Of a stretch of DNA of 64,000 nucleotides, positions 38,561 through 53,160 are shown piece by piece (position 1 is the first letter of the stretch; every line of letters starts with the position of its first letter). The notes below the pieces were generated by a model. It was not told where the DNA came from. It searched no databases and saw only the letters and a program-made list of their open reading frames with translations. Both the position numbers and the translations under genes were made by a program. The stretch comes from the human T2T-CHM13v2.0 reference genome, Homo sapiens, in the NCBI RefSeq assembly GCF_009914755.1, contig NC_060930.1; one strand, 5' to 3'.

Positions 38561-39840
38561 AGATTCCTCTTCTATCAGGCCTGTGAGGTTTTGTGTGAAA
38601 CCCTCATGCTTTATACACAGGTTTTGCTGTCCTGTTGTTGTCCATCAGGTTCTGGGAATTCTGAGCTGGAATGAGGCACTCCAGTAGCGTCTTCCCAAGG
38701 GTAGACCACACAGCACACGAAGCCCACCAAGCCTGCACCGCCCACACAGCACGGCCCCTCGCTGCAGACCTGCTGCCCTTGTGGGTTTAGGCCTGGTGCT
38801 CCCCTCTCACAGGGCCGTGCCTCAGACCCCACATCCGCGCTGCAACCTGGAATGCACCTGCCGCATGGTGTGAGAGGCGTTTTGTGGGAGACGCCCAGGG
38901 CAGTACCTGCACTGGAAAATACTCAGTGGCTACTGGGCCATGCTGAGGGGCCTTTAGGACATGGAGCTGGAGCTGTGGAGGGCTGGGTTTTGGTCCCATT
39001 TGACTCTCCCCCATGCCTCATCCTGAAGTTCTTTAATCTTGGTCTGATGTTTAAAGTTGGGACAGCCCCTCCTGTGACCTCGGAGGGTTCTGGCAACCAG
39101 GTGAGCTGGTGTGTGTGTGGGAACAGCATGGAGCTCTGTGAAATATCAGGCGTCTTCCCCGCCATGGGGCATCGTGGTCAGTGTGTTGTAGGGTCAGTTG
39201 ACCACTTGGACACCTGGTTATGACCATTTCAGCCTCTTTTGGAAACATTCTGCTTTTATTCCCATTGGCAAACAAACTTGCTCAGAGGTTTTATGTGACA
39301 AGCTACAGGCAGCGCTGGAGTGTGGTGTGCCAGCATGAGAGGGTGTGAGCAGGGGGCACGTTTTCTCTGGAATCGTGCATTATAGGAATAAATCATGCGT
39401 GTGTTTGCACCTTCTCACCCCTATGTGAAGATGAAACTTTAGTGCTTGAGGTTAAAAAGTGTCCTCATGAAGGAGTCTGGCTCTTTCCGCCCTGGTCTAG
39501 AAAACAGTTTCCCGTGAAGGACCAGGGACTACAGATTTCCGGCTTCGGGGCCCTACGGCCTCCACCCCCGCCATGCAGCTCTGCAGCTGTAGCCTGAAAG
39601 CAGCTGCAGCTGCCGCGCATAAGGGGTGGCTCTGGGCAGGAAACCACGTGCGAACTGCCCCACGGCAGGGTGCGTCCCACAGAAGGAGCAGTGTGTTCCG
39701 TCCCGCTGCACGGCCTGCGAGGGATTTCCATGGTGAGGGTGAATCACGAGGGCTTCTTGTGGCCTGGTCTGTCTTACCTGCCTCTCCTTCATGCAGGCTA
39801 TTTTTTTTTTAAGCAAGGAAAGAATAACTTTATTGTAAGT

Positions 39841-40160
<320 letters not shown>

Positions 40161-40539
40161 TAAGCATTTATAAGCATTTATCTCCAACTCCAAGGTTGCC
40201 ATATTCAGTGATATAAACATTGGTTCTGGATGGTGGAAAATGTTATGGCTGTGGGATAAATTTATTATTAAATTTATTCAGACCAGAGGGAAGGTGAAGC
40301 CCATGTCTCCTCGCTCTTCCCCACGGGAAACGGAGGGGGGCTGCCCGGGAAGCTCCATGGACATCTTCCTGGGGCCCTGGAGAGGCACGGCTGGCGGGAG
40401 GCAGTCACTTCCAGGCTGTGGTGTGACCCAAGATATTAACACAGGCCCCGTGTGAGGCTCAGCTGTCTACCCAGGCAGTGGAAAAGGATTTTTCAACAGA
40501 GACGCCGCAGACATGGGGCTTTAAAAGATTTCAAGTCTC

Positions 40540-40845
<306 letters not shown>

Positions 40846-41099
40846 CTATGATCCAAAATAGTGCTTTCCCAGCTATGTTTGCCGCATTCATCTTTTCTGC
40901 TGTGTTCGTGGGGCTGTCTGTGTAATGGCCACAGATCTGCTTCTGGAGGTTCTACTTTATTGCATTGGTTTTTGTTTATTGTTGATTTCTGTAAAAATAC
41001 CACTCTTTTTATTTTTATGGCTCTGTAATATGTATTTTATATTTGATAATGCAAATCTTTGTATTTTTCTAAATTGTTTTATCTATACTTTTATAAACA

Positions 41100-41396
41100 T
41101 TTTTTTAAGAGACAGGTTCTCATTCTGTCACCAAGGCTGGAGTGCAATGGTGTGATCAGAGCTCACTTCACCCTCAACCTCCTGGGCTCAAGTAATCCTT
41201 CTGCCTCAGCCTCCCAAGTAGCTGAGACTATGGGCACATGCCACCACACCCAGCTAATTTTTTTATTTTTATTTTTTGTAGAGACAGGGTCTCCCTACAT
41301 TGCCCAGGCTGGTCTCAAACTCCTGGCCTCAAGTGATTCTCCTGCTTCAGCCTCCCAAAATGCTGGGATTACAGGCATGGCCACTGTGCCTGGCCT
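41100..41396 (-). mobile_element. AluJ
   Basis: GCTCACTTCACCCTCAACCTCCTGGGCTCAAGTAATCC is a J-type signature; full dimer. Confidence 0.9.
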
Positions 41397-42644
41397 TAGA
41401 ATTAAATTAAATTTAAAACTTATTGCATGTAAAGTTGCCATACTAACAATGTTATTTTGTTCTACATAAGATCCCAGTGTTTCATCATTTATTCAGGTGT
41501 TTCATCACTTTATTTATGTATTTGATGTACTATAGATGTACATGGTTTCAGGCTAAATGTGATAATTTAATGCATTCACATATTTTGTAAAGATCAAACC
41601 AGTGCACTTGGGACATCCACCACCTTAAACATTTGTCTTTTCGTTATTGCTAGAACCATTAAAATTCTTCTCTTCAAGCTATTTTGAAATATACAATAGA
41701 TTATTGTAATCTATAGTAAATCTATGAAAAAACTAGGTCTTATTTCTTCTTTCAAACTGTACATTTGTATCCACTAATCAGCTTCTCTTCATTCCTACAC
41801 CCCTTGCCCTTCCTGGTCTCTGGTAGCCACCAATCTACTTTCTATCTTCATGAGGTCCACTGTTATAGCTCCTGAGGTGAGATCTGTCTTTCTGAGCCTG
41901 GCTTGTTTCACTTAACGTAGTGGCCTCCAGTTCCATCCTTGTTGCTAAAAACAACAGGATCTCATTCCCTTCTCTGACTGAACCATATTCCACTGTGTAT
42001 ATGTGCCCCGTTTTCCTCTTCCATTCATCTGCTGGTGAGCACTTAGGTTGATTCTCTATTTTGGCTACTATGGATAGTGCTGCAGTAAACATGGGAGTGC
42101 AGAGATCTCCTCAACATCCTGATGTCCTTTCTTTCGGGCATACACTCAGTAGTGGAGTAGATGGGTTGTATGGTAGTTCTATTTCTGGTTTTTTGGGAAC
42201 CTCCACACTGTTCTCCATGGGGGCTGCACTAACCTACATGCCCGCCCACAGTGTCTGAGGTTCCCTTTTCTCTTGCCAGTATTTGATACTGTTTTTAATA
42301 AAATCAGTTTTAACTGGGGTGAGATGGTATCTCATTCCAGTTTTGATTTGCATTCCCATGATAATTAGTGATGTTGAGCATTATTCATATACCTGCTGGC
42401 CATTTGTTTGTCATGTCAAATGTCAAGAAATAGACATTTCTTGAGAAATATCTATTCAGATCTTTGGCCCATTTTTAAAAATCAAATTATTGGATTTTTT
42501 TTCCTATAGAGTTGTTTGAGCTCCTTATATATTGGGGTTGTTAATCCCTTGCCAGGTGAGCAGTTTCCAAATATTTTCTCCCACTCTGTGGTCACCCTTT
42601 GTCTTCACTTTGTTGATTGTTTCCTTTGCTGTGCAGAAGCTTGA

Positions 42645-42933
<289 letters not shown>

Positions 42934-44516
42934 CATTTGTCCATTTTTGCTTTGGTTCTTTGTGCTTTTGAAATCTTACCCCAAAAATCTTTGCCCAGAC
43001 CAATGTTATATAGCATGTCCCCCATGTTTTCTTGTAGTCATTTCATAGTTTCAGGTCTTAGATTTAAGTCTTCAGTCCATTTTGATTTGACTTGTGTGTG
43101 TGGTGAGAGACAGAGGCCTAGTTTCTTTTGCATATAATTATCCAGTTTTCCCAGCACCACTTACTGAAGAGACAATCCTTCCCCCATTGTGTGTTCTTGG
43201 TGCCCTTGCTGAAAATCAGTTGGCTGCAAATGCACGAATTTATATCTGGGTTCTCTATTCTGTTCTATTGGTCAATGTGTCTGTTTTCATGCTGGTACCA
43301 CGCTGACTCAGTTACAATAGCTTTGCAGTAAATTTTGAAGTCAGGCAGTGTGATGCCTCCAGCTTTGTTCTTTGTGCTCAGGATTGCTTTGGCGATTCAG
43401 AATCTTTTGTGGTTCCATATACGTTTTAGGGTCTATTTTCCATTTCCGTGAAGAATGTCATTGGTATTCTGATAGGAATTGCATTGAATCTGTAAATTGC
43501 CTTGGGCAGTGTTGTCATCTTAAGAATATTAATTCTTCCATAGTCCTGGATAATTTCAGATAATCCATGAGCATGGACTATCTTTCCACTTTTTGATGTC
43601 CTCTTCAATTTCTCTCATCAGTGTTTTACAGCTTTCTTTTTATAGGTCTTTCACTTCTTTGGTTAAATTGATTCCTAGGTATTTTATATTCTTTGTAGCT
43701 ATTGTAAACAGCATTACTTTCTTGGTTTCCTTTTCTGATTTTTCACTATTGATGTAAATAAATACTACTGACTTTTGTATGTTGATTTTGTAACCCACAA
43801 CTTTACTGAATTCACTTATCAGTTATAACAGTTTTTTTTTGGTGGAGCCTAGGTTTCTCTAGGTATAAAATCATGTCGTCTGCAAACAAGGGTAATTTGA
43901 CTGTTTTCCTTTCCAAACTGGATTCCCTTTCTTTCTCTTGCCTGATTGCTCTGGCCAGGATTTCCAGTACTATGTTGAATAAGAGTAGTAAAAATGGGAA
44001 TCCTTGCATTGTTCCAGATCTTAGGGAAAAGGCTTTCAACTTTTCCCTGTTCGTCATGATGTTAGCTGTGGGTTTTCATTTATGGACTTTAAGATTTTGA
44101 GGTACGTTCCTTCTATATCCAATTTGATTAGGGTTTTCATCATAGAGGGATGTTGAATTTTATTAGATGTTTTTTGACATTTATTGAAATGATTATATGG
44201 TTTTGGTCTTGGTTCTGCTAATGTGATGTATCATGTTTATTGACTTGCATACGTTGAACCATTATTGCATCCCTACGATGAATCACAATTGTTTATGGTG
44301 AATGATCTTTTTAATGTATTGTTAAATTCAGTTAGCTAGTGTTTTGTTGGGAACTTTTGCATCTATATTCATCAGTGATATTTGCCTATAATTTTGTCTT
44401 ATTGTTTCCTTGTCTGGTTTTAGTATCAGGGTAATGCCGCCCTTGCAGAATGAGTTTGGAAGTGTGCCCTTCTCTTCAGTCTTATTGAAGAGTTGGGGTG
44501 AAATTGACATTAGTCC

Positions 44517-46660
44517 TTTTTCAAAAAAAAATTTGTGGGCACATAGTAGATGTATATATTTATGGGGTACATGAGATGTTTTGATACAGGCATGCAATGT
44601 GTAATAATCACATCAGGGAAAATGGGGTATCTACCTCCTGAAGCATTTATCCTTTATGTTACAAACTATCCAATTATATTCTTTTAGTTATTTTAAAATG
44701 TACAATTAAATTATTATTCACTATAGTCAGAGTGTGGTGCTATCAAATAGTAGGTCTTACTCATTCTTTCTAGCTATTTTTTGTACCCATTAACCTCCCC
44801 ATCTACCTCCCACCCCCACACACCTCCCCACTACCCTTCTCAGCCACTGGTAACCATTTTTCTACTCTCTATCTCCATGAGTTCAATTGTTTTGACTTTT
44901 AGATCCAAGAAATAAATGAGAACATGAGACGTTTGTCTTTCTGTGCCTGGTTTATTTAACATAAGATAATGATTTCCAGTTGTGACCATGTTGTTGCAAA
45001 TGACAGGCTCTCATTCTTTTTTTATGGCTGAAGAGTATTCCTTTGTGTATATGTACCATATTTTCTTTATCCATTCATCTGTTGACGGACACTTAGGTGG
45101 CTTCCAAATCTTGGCTATTGTGAACAGTGCTTCAGCAAATATGAGAGTGCAGATATCTCTTCAATGTACTGATTTCCTTTCTTTTAGGTACACACACAAC
45201 AGTGGGATTGCTGGGTCATGTTATAGCTCTATTTTCAGTTATTTTGAGGAACCTACAAACTGTTCTCCATAGTGGTTGTACTAATTTACATTACCACCAA
45301 CAGTATACGAGGGTTCCCTTTTCTCCACATCCTTGCCAGCATTTGTTATTGCCTGTCTTTTGGACATAGCCATTTTAACTGGGGTGAGACAGTATCTCAT
45401 TGCAGTTTTGATTTGCATTTCTCTGATATCAATGATGTTGATCATCTTTTCGTGTGCCTGTTTGGCATTTGTATGTCTTTTTTTTTTGAGACGGAGTCTT
45501 GCTCTGTTGCCTAGGCTGGAGTGCAGTGGCGCAATCTTGGCTCACTGCAAACTCTGCCTCCCAGGTTCATGCCATTCTCCTGCCTCAGCCTCCTGAGTAG
45601 CTGGGACTACAGGCGCCTGCCACCACGCCCAGCTAATTTTTTGTATTTTTAGTAGAGACGGGGTTTTGCCATGTTAGCAGAATGGTCTCGATCTCCTGAC
45701 CTCGTGATCCACCCACCTTGGCCTCCTAAAGTGCTGGCATTACAGGCGTGAGCCACCACGCCCAGCCTGGCATTTGTATGTCTTCTTTTGAGAAATATCT
45801 ATTCAAATCTTTTGCCCATTTTTTGATTGGATTGTTAGATTTTTTTCCCTGTAGAGTTGTTTGAGCTCCTTATATATGCTGGTTATTAATCCCTTGTCAG
45901 ATGGGTAATTTTGAAATATTTTCTCCCATTCTATAGGTGTCTCTTCACTTTGTTGATTATTTCCTTTGCTGTGCGGAAGCTTTTTAGCTTGATGTGATAC
46001 CACTTGTCTATTTTTGCTTTGGCTGCCTATGCTTTTTAGACCTTACCCAAAAAATCTTTGCCCAGACCAATGTCCTATACCATTTTCACAATGTTTTATT
46101 TTAGTAGTTTCCTAGTTTCAGGTCTTGGATTTAAGCCTTTGATCCATTTTGATTTGATTTTTGTATATGGCAAGAGATAGGGGTCGAGTTTCACTTTTTA
46201 ACGTATGGATAGCCTGTTTTCCCAGCACTATTTATTGAAGAGACTGTTTTTTCCCCAATGTATGTTCTTGCCACCTTTGTTGAAAATTAGTTCACTCTAG
46301 GTGTTGGATTTGTTTTTGGGTTCTCTATTCTGCTCCATTGGTCTATGTGTCTGTTTTTATGCCAGTAGCACACTGCTTTGGTAACCATAGCTCTGTAGTA
46401 TAATTTGAAGTCAAGTATTATGATTCCTGCAGTTGTGTTCTTTTGCTTCAGATAGGTTTGGCTCTTCTGGGTCTTTTGTGGTTCCATATAAATTTTAGGA
46501 TTGTTTTTTCTATTTCTGAGGAATGTCATCGGTACTTTGATAGAAATTGCATTGAATTTGTAGATTGCTTTGGGTAGTATGGACATTTTAATAATATCAA
46601 TTCTTCCAATCCATGAACATTGGATATCTTTCTATTTTTTGATGTCCTCTTCAATTTCTT
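44517..46660 (-). mobile_element. Second, 5'-truncated L1 (L1MA2/3-like) nested in the older L1MA
   Basis: A new L1 3' end (TTTGTGGGCACATAGTAGATGTATATATTTATGGGGTACATGAG) begins mid-ORF2 of the host; host ORF2 resumes at CTTTAAGTGTTTGGTAAAACTCAGCAGTGAAGCCATC (~46665). Confidence 0.85.
45480..45767 (-). mobile_element. AluY
   Basis: GGTTCATGCCATTCTCC and TTAGCAGAATGGTCTCGATCTCC are Y-type diagnostics; 17-bp TSD TGGCATTTGTATGTCTT at 45463-45479 and 45768-45784. Confidence 0.95.
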
Positions 46661-47999
46661 TCTCCTTTAAGTGTTTGGTAAAACTCAGCAGTGAAGCCAT
46701 CAGGTCCTGAGCTTTTCTTTCATAGGAGACTTTTTATTATGGCTTCAATCTTGTTACTCATTATGGGTTTATTGAGATTTTATACCTTTTACATGGTTCA
46801 ATCTTGGTAGGTTGTATGTGTCCATAAAGTTATCCACTTCTAGGTCTTCTAATTACTTGACATATAATTGTTCACGGTAGTGTCTAATGATAGCTTTTAT
46901 TTCTGTGGTCTCAGTTTTTATGTCTCCTTTTTCATTTCTGATGTTATTTATTTGGATTTTCTCTCTTTTTCTTAGCCTAGACAAAATTTTGTTGATTTTG
47001 TTTATCTTTTCAAATAACCATCTTTTTGTTTCATTGATCTTCTCTATTTTTTTTTTAGTCTCAATTTACTTCTGCTGTAATCTTTATTTTTTTCTTTCCT
47101 TCTACTAACTTTGGGTTGGCTTTGTTCTTGCTTTTCTCGTTCCTTAAGGCCCATTGTCAGGCTGTTTACTTGAAGTCTTTCTACTTTTGTGATGTAGGTG
47201 TTTATTGCTATAAATGTCCCCCTTAGCACTGCTTGTGTTGCATCCCATAGATTTAGATATGTTATATTTCCATTGGCACTTGTTTCAAGGAATTTTTAAG
47301 CTTTCTTCTTAATTTCCTCATTGATCCATTTGTTGTTCAGAAGCTTGTTGCTTAATTTCCATGAGTTTGTGACATTGCTGAGGTTCTTCTTGCTATTGAT
47401 TTCTAGTTTTATTCCATTGTGATCAGAAAAAAATACTTGATATGATTTCTACTCTGTTCAGACTTCTTTTGTGATCTAAGTTATGGTTTATCCTGGAGAA
47501 TGTTTTATGTTCTGATGAAAAGAATGTGTATTCTGTAACAGTTGGCTGAAATGTTCTGTAAATGTCAGTGAAGCCTATTAGGTCTAGAGTGTAGTTTAAC
47601 TCTGATGGTTCCTTTTTGATTTTCTGTTTGGATGATCTGTGCATTACTGAGAGTGGGGCATTGAAGTACCCTACCATTATTGTAATGTCATCTATCTCTC
47701 CCTTTAGATCTATTACTGTTTGCTTTACATACTTGGGAGTTCTGGTGTTAGATGCATAGATATTTATAATCATTATGTCCTCTTGCTGAATTGACTTCTT
47801 TATCATTACATATTTACCTTCTCTGTCTCTTTTTATAGGTTTTGATTTGTAGTCTGTTTTATCTGATATAAATGTAGCTATCTTGCTTTTCTTGTTTTTG
47901 GTTTCTAGTTGCATGGAGTATCTTTTTCCATACCTTCACTTTCAGTCTGTGTGTGCCTTTATAGATGAAATGGGTTTCTTATAAGCAATATATAGTTGG

Positions 48000-48228
48000 T
48001 TTGAGACCAGCCTGGGCAACATGATGAAACGCTGTATCTACAAAAAATACAAAAATTATCTGGGCATGGTGATGTGCACCCATAGTCCCAGCTATGTGGC
48101 AGACTGAGATGGGACGATCACCTGAGCCTGGGAGGTTGAGGCTGCAGTGAGCTGTGGTCACACCATTGTACTCCAGACTGGGTGATAGAGACCCTGTCTC
48201 AGAACCAACCAAACAAACAAAATGCCCA
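48000..48228 (+). mobile_element. 5'-truncated AluJ inside the L1
   Basis: TTTGAGACCAGCCTGGGCAAC...GAGGTTGAGGCTGCAGTGAGC; flanked by ATATAGTTGG on both sides. Confidence 0.85.
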
Positions 48229-51200
48229 AACATATAGTTGGGTCTTATTTCTTTATCCATTCAGCCACTCTGTGCCTTGTAACTGGAGTATTCAGTCCAT
48301 TTACATTCAGTGTCATTGTTGATAAGTAAGGACTTACTACTGCCATTTTGTTGCTTGTTTTCTGGTTATTTTGTAGCTCCTCTCTTCCTTTCTTCCGTCT
48401 TCCTTTTTAGTTAAATGGTTTTCACTGGTAGGATGTTTTAATTTGTTATTTATTTTTAGTGAATCTATTATAGGTTTTTGCATTATGGTTTTCATGAGGC
48501 TTACACAAAACATCTTACAGTTATTTTAAAGAGATGACAAGTTATTTTAAAGAGATGACAACTTATCTTAAATCACAAGGAAAATAATAGAAACAAACAA
48601 AAAATGAAAAGGTCTACATTTTAGGTCTACCCCCTCCCCATCTGGCTTTTAGTTGTCTCAACTTACATATTTTTATACTGCTTGTCTCTTCACAGTTTGC
48701 TGTAGCTATTGTTGTTTTTGATAGATTTGTCTTTTGAGCTTCATACTAGGGTTATGAGTGGATTTCACACAACAGTTACTGTATTAGAGTTCTGGGTTTG
48801 TCCATGTACTTAATCTTACCAGTGGGTTTTCTCTCTTCAGTTCTTTTCCTATTAGTGTTTTTTTTTTTCATTCAAATTGAAAAACTCTCTTTAGCATTTC
48901 TTGTAAGACTGGCCTGGTGCTAGTGAATTCTCTCAGCTTTTGTTTGGGAAAGTCTTTATCTCTCCTTCGTACCTGAAGGATAACTTTGCTATATAGAGTA
49001 TTCTTGTATGGAAGTGTTTTCTCTTTCAGCACTTTGAAAATGTCATTGCACTCCATCTAGTTCTGAATGGTTTCTGTTGAGAATGTTATTGACAAATGAA
49101 TTGGAACTCCTTTATATATTATTTGCTTCTTTTCTCTTGCTGGTATTAGAATTCCCTTTGTCCTTGAACTTTGAGAGTTTGATTATTGTATGCCTTAGGG
49201 AAATCTTATTTGGGTTAAATCTGTTTGGTGTTCTCTGACCTTCCTGTACCTGAATACTTATGTCTTTCTCGAGTTGTGGAAAATTTTCTGTTATTATTTA
49301 TTCAACTAAGTTTCTACCCCTTGCTTTTGCTCAACCCCCTCTTGAACACCAATAATTATTAGATTTGGTCTTTTGAGGTAATTTGCTATATCTTGTAGGA
49401 GATCTTTATTTATTTTTATCTTGTTTTCTCCTTCATGTATTTTCAAATAGTCTTCCAGCTTACTGATTCTTTCCTCTGCTTAGTTCATTCTGCTATTAAG
49501 AGACTAATTTTTTTTAGTTCAGCAAATGTGTTTCTCAGTTCCAAGATTTCTGTTTTTTTTTTAAAATTTGAATATCTTTGTTAAATTACTCTGATAAAAT
49601 TTTTAATTTCTTTTCGGTATTATCTTGGAGATGACTGAATTTCCTTAAAACTACTCTTTTGAATTTTTGGTCAGAAAGCTGGCATATGGATCTCTCATTA
49701 GGGTCAGTTTTTGTTTCTTTTCTTTTGTTTTGTCTTTGCTTTGTCCATTTGGGGAGATCATGGCTCCTCGTTTACTGTTGTTTCTTGTGGGTGAACATCT
49801 ATGTCTTTGCATTGAAGGACTGGTTATTTATTCCAGTCTTCTCTGCCCAGCTTTATTTTGTTTTAATTGAATACATTTGCTTAGAGGTTCCTTACCACTA
49901 AACTACTGCCTCCCTTATGGCTTCAAGAGGTGCCTTAAACCCAGTTTTGCCTCAGCTCTAGCAAAGGATCAGAACATTGCTGTTCCCAGATGGGGGAGGT
50001 CCTGATTGGCATATCCCAGCAGTGTGGGAAGGCTGGCTTAGGAGTTTGTGCCCAGGAGACTTGTGGGACAAACTTCCTATAGCCTCGTGCTGCTGAACAG
50101 CCACTCTCGTTTGGCGTCTCCTGTGGCTGAATTACAGAACAGAGTTTCCGGGGCTGAGTTACAGAGCAGAGTTTCCAGGGCTGGGTGTGGGAATCCTGCT
50201 TGTCTCCTTTGTCTCTGGGCTGTCCTTAGGGATATTTCTCCCTTCAGGCACTCATGATGCTTCCTGTGGGTTAAGAGAGGGACAGATCTCCTGCCAGGGA
50301 ACCCAAGATGGTGGGGAAGCTATTTGTCTACATCAATTTCACCTTTTCCAATGCAGAAACAGTGAGATGGGGGAACTTTTTCATGTGCTTGGTACTGGGC
50401 AGAATAGGAAGAGGGGTGTCATGGATGTGAAGTCCAATTCTCTTACCATCTGCTCAGTTTTTTCACTTCTTGGTGGCCCCAGGAATGGTTTTATCTTTGT
50501 ATTTGATTTCTGGGATATTTCTGGTGATAATCTCAGCACTGTATATTTGTTTTAGGCTTTGCGTGTTTGGGGATGAGTGAATCCAGCTTGTTTCTATGCT
50601 GCCATCTTGGAACTGGAAGTCCTTTTACACAGGTTATTTAAGCTTTTCCTCCAGGGATAGCAAATGCACTCTATTGTCCCAGCTTCCATAAGTTGGCAGT
50701 GCCATCTGGGATCCTCTGGTGAGAAGAGATGTCACAATCGATTAGCAATGTCTGCCATGGGTGTGAGTGGGCCAGGCAGTGGTATGTGTGCTGAGGATTT
50801 GCCATCTGGGATCAACTGCTTCAGATCTATGAGTCTGATCCTGTCAACCTAATCAAATACCTTTCAAGTCCAAGAAGAACGGGCCTTATGAGACAAGACT
50901 GAGATAATGAGGCTGAATTTCAAAAAACATGCCTGAACTTTGGGGGGAATTAAATTAGTACAGTTCCTTTACACAGGCTGCTTTGGAAGGCATTGCACTT
51001 GTGCCAGTGAGGCTAGCTTTGCTTGTACATTTTTGGAGTGCTGTTTTAGAATTGCTGGTTAATAATGGACCATAAAACATATAATTTTCAATCATTTATG
51101 GTCTCATCTCACTTTTGGCTTCAAATGCCATTACCCTGTCTTATCATTTGCTGTTCTCTGGGCTTGATCCCATTTAACTCTTGGTTGTATCCCGAATGAG

Positions 51201-52489
51201 ATCTGTCCTAATAAAATGAAGATGTGTCTCCTCTGAAAGTGCCAAGAACAGCTTGCAGGCTCTGAAGGCCATACGGAAAAGGAAATTCCCAACCTCTAAA
51301 TACAGGGAGCATCATTAGAAGGGTGAGTGCCTTCCCAAGTAGTACTGGTAAGGAGGAGACTCATCTGCTGCTGAACCATGGGCGTTGGTTGGAAGCCAGT
51401 TCTGTTACTCTCAATCTGTGCCTGGGCCACCTCTAAAGAGCCATACATCACCCACACCTGGTGGTCCTCTTGCTGACCACCGGATTTTGCTAAACTCATT
51501 TTCACGTACGTTGATTTTGTCTCCTTAGTGCTCTGCAGGAGCCAGGTGGATGCACTGGCACAGCCTCCCCTGCTTCTGGACATTGTGCCTGTGAGCCTGG
51601 GGTCTTTGTCAGTAACTGGCTGCTCCTCATTCTACCTGAGGCCAGACTCCACACCTCTTGTTCCTGAGCTCCAGCCCTGGGAGTCATCTGTGCTCAGGCA
51701 GCGGTCCCAGGTTAGATGCCTGCTTCCCCTTAGGCCCAGCCCCACCAGAAGAGACCCTGCAGCTGTTTCCAGTGGCCTGGGCTGCAAATCGTGAATGACT
51801 ATTTGTTCAAACCACTAACATCTCAGCCCATGGAAAAGACCTAAGCGATCTCATGGCTGATTTTCTTCCTGGGCTGTTCCATATGCCAGGGCCCCTGGCT
51901 TTTCTTGAGCTGATTCTGATTCCTGAAAAGGGGTGAAAGGAATTTCTCCAGGCACTTTTGGAAGGAGCCCCAGCTGTGGAAACCTTCCCTGAACAACCAG
52001 ACCACCAGCAAGACCTCACCTGGCCTTTAGTCCTGGAGGAGCAAAGGGCCTGGTGGTGGCACCCCCTGAGGTGTGCCCCGGGGCAGGACACAGAACACTG
52101 CAATATGTTATTACCGAGGTCAGGCTCAATTTTCCTTTTAATTTTCTCCCCTGGAAAGAAAAATCCCTTTCTTTGTATTTGGAAGGCTTAACTTTAATCT
52201 CATGTTCCCCTTTTAGCTAATGATGTGGTACACCTTGCAAGAAACGGAAGTTCATACAACTTCTTCAGCATCTGAGTAGGGGAGAGCTGGATTTTAAAGG
52301 AAATTTGTAAGTGATTTTTATCGTTAACTGAAATTTCATTCATAGATGTTCTTCTGTTCTCTTTCTGCTCCTGTTTGTCACACAGACATACACAACCAAG
52401 CCATGGCTGCTATTCAGAAGCCGCTTTGCCTGGAGTATCTCAAAGCAGCAGCTGGCCCTTGCGGAGTGTTCCGTGCACGAGTCCTGCAT

Positions 52490-52610
52490 CCAGGCACTTG
52501 CCCGTGTACTTTCCTCAAACGTACTCATTTAATCCTCAGGAGAGTCCCATGAGGTAAGCAGCTTTAGCATCCCTATTTTACAGGTGGAAAAACTGAGGCA
52601 CAGACCAGCT
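52490..52610 (-). mobile_element. MIR
   Basis: CTCATTTAATCCTC...CCCATGAGGTAAG...TTTTACAGGTGGAAAAACTGAGGCACAGA. Confidence 0.85.
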
Positions 52611-53069
52611 GTCACCTTTCCAGCCTGTCTGGGGCCAGAGTCCATGCCCCGACCCCCATGCCATTGAGCTCTGGTGAGCCCTGCATCCCCCGCTGCTGCC
52701 TGCACATGCCTCGATCTCTCCTCCACAGCTTCCTCTCAGCTTCTCCAGGGTCCCAACCCCGTTTCTGTCTTCTTTCTGCAGTTGGAAATGGTCATTGTTT
52801 CACATATGCAGGGCTCTCACGCTGTGTATTTAGAAGCCCTTAATGAAGGAATCCATTCCAGAAGATAACATATATGGGCTTTTCTGGTAGAACACAAACA
52901 ATTATTTAGTGGTGAGAGAGAAACTTTTGAAATGGTCTTGACGTTCAGAGCTTGAGAAATGACAATGAAAGGAAGCAGACTTAATGAAACGGCGTTTTAG
53001 AACACAGGGCTCGGGGAGGTGCTGAAGTCTGATGCAGAGACCAAGCTCAGATGAGGGCAGTCCACCTGT

Positions 53070-53160
53070 CGCTGTGTTCTACTAGAATTTAAGCTCACGG
53101 GGGCAGGAGTTCTGCCTGTTCCTGCTACATGGGCGCAGAACAGTGCCTGACACATCTTCC
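53070..53160 (+). mobile_element. L2 3' fragment
   Basis: ACTAGAATTTAAGCTCACGGGGGCAGGAG...AGAACAGTGCCTGACACA. Confidence 0.65.

Noticed and set aside
47423-47914. 163-aa endonuclease-like ORF as a functional gene
   Set aside because: L1 ORF2 EN remnant with degenerate motifs, inside an element disrupted by stops and nested insertions.
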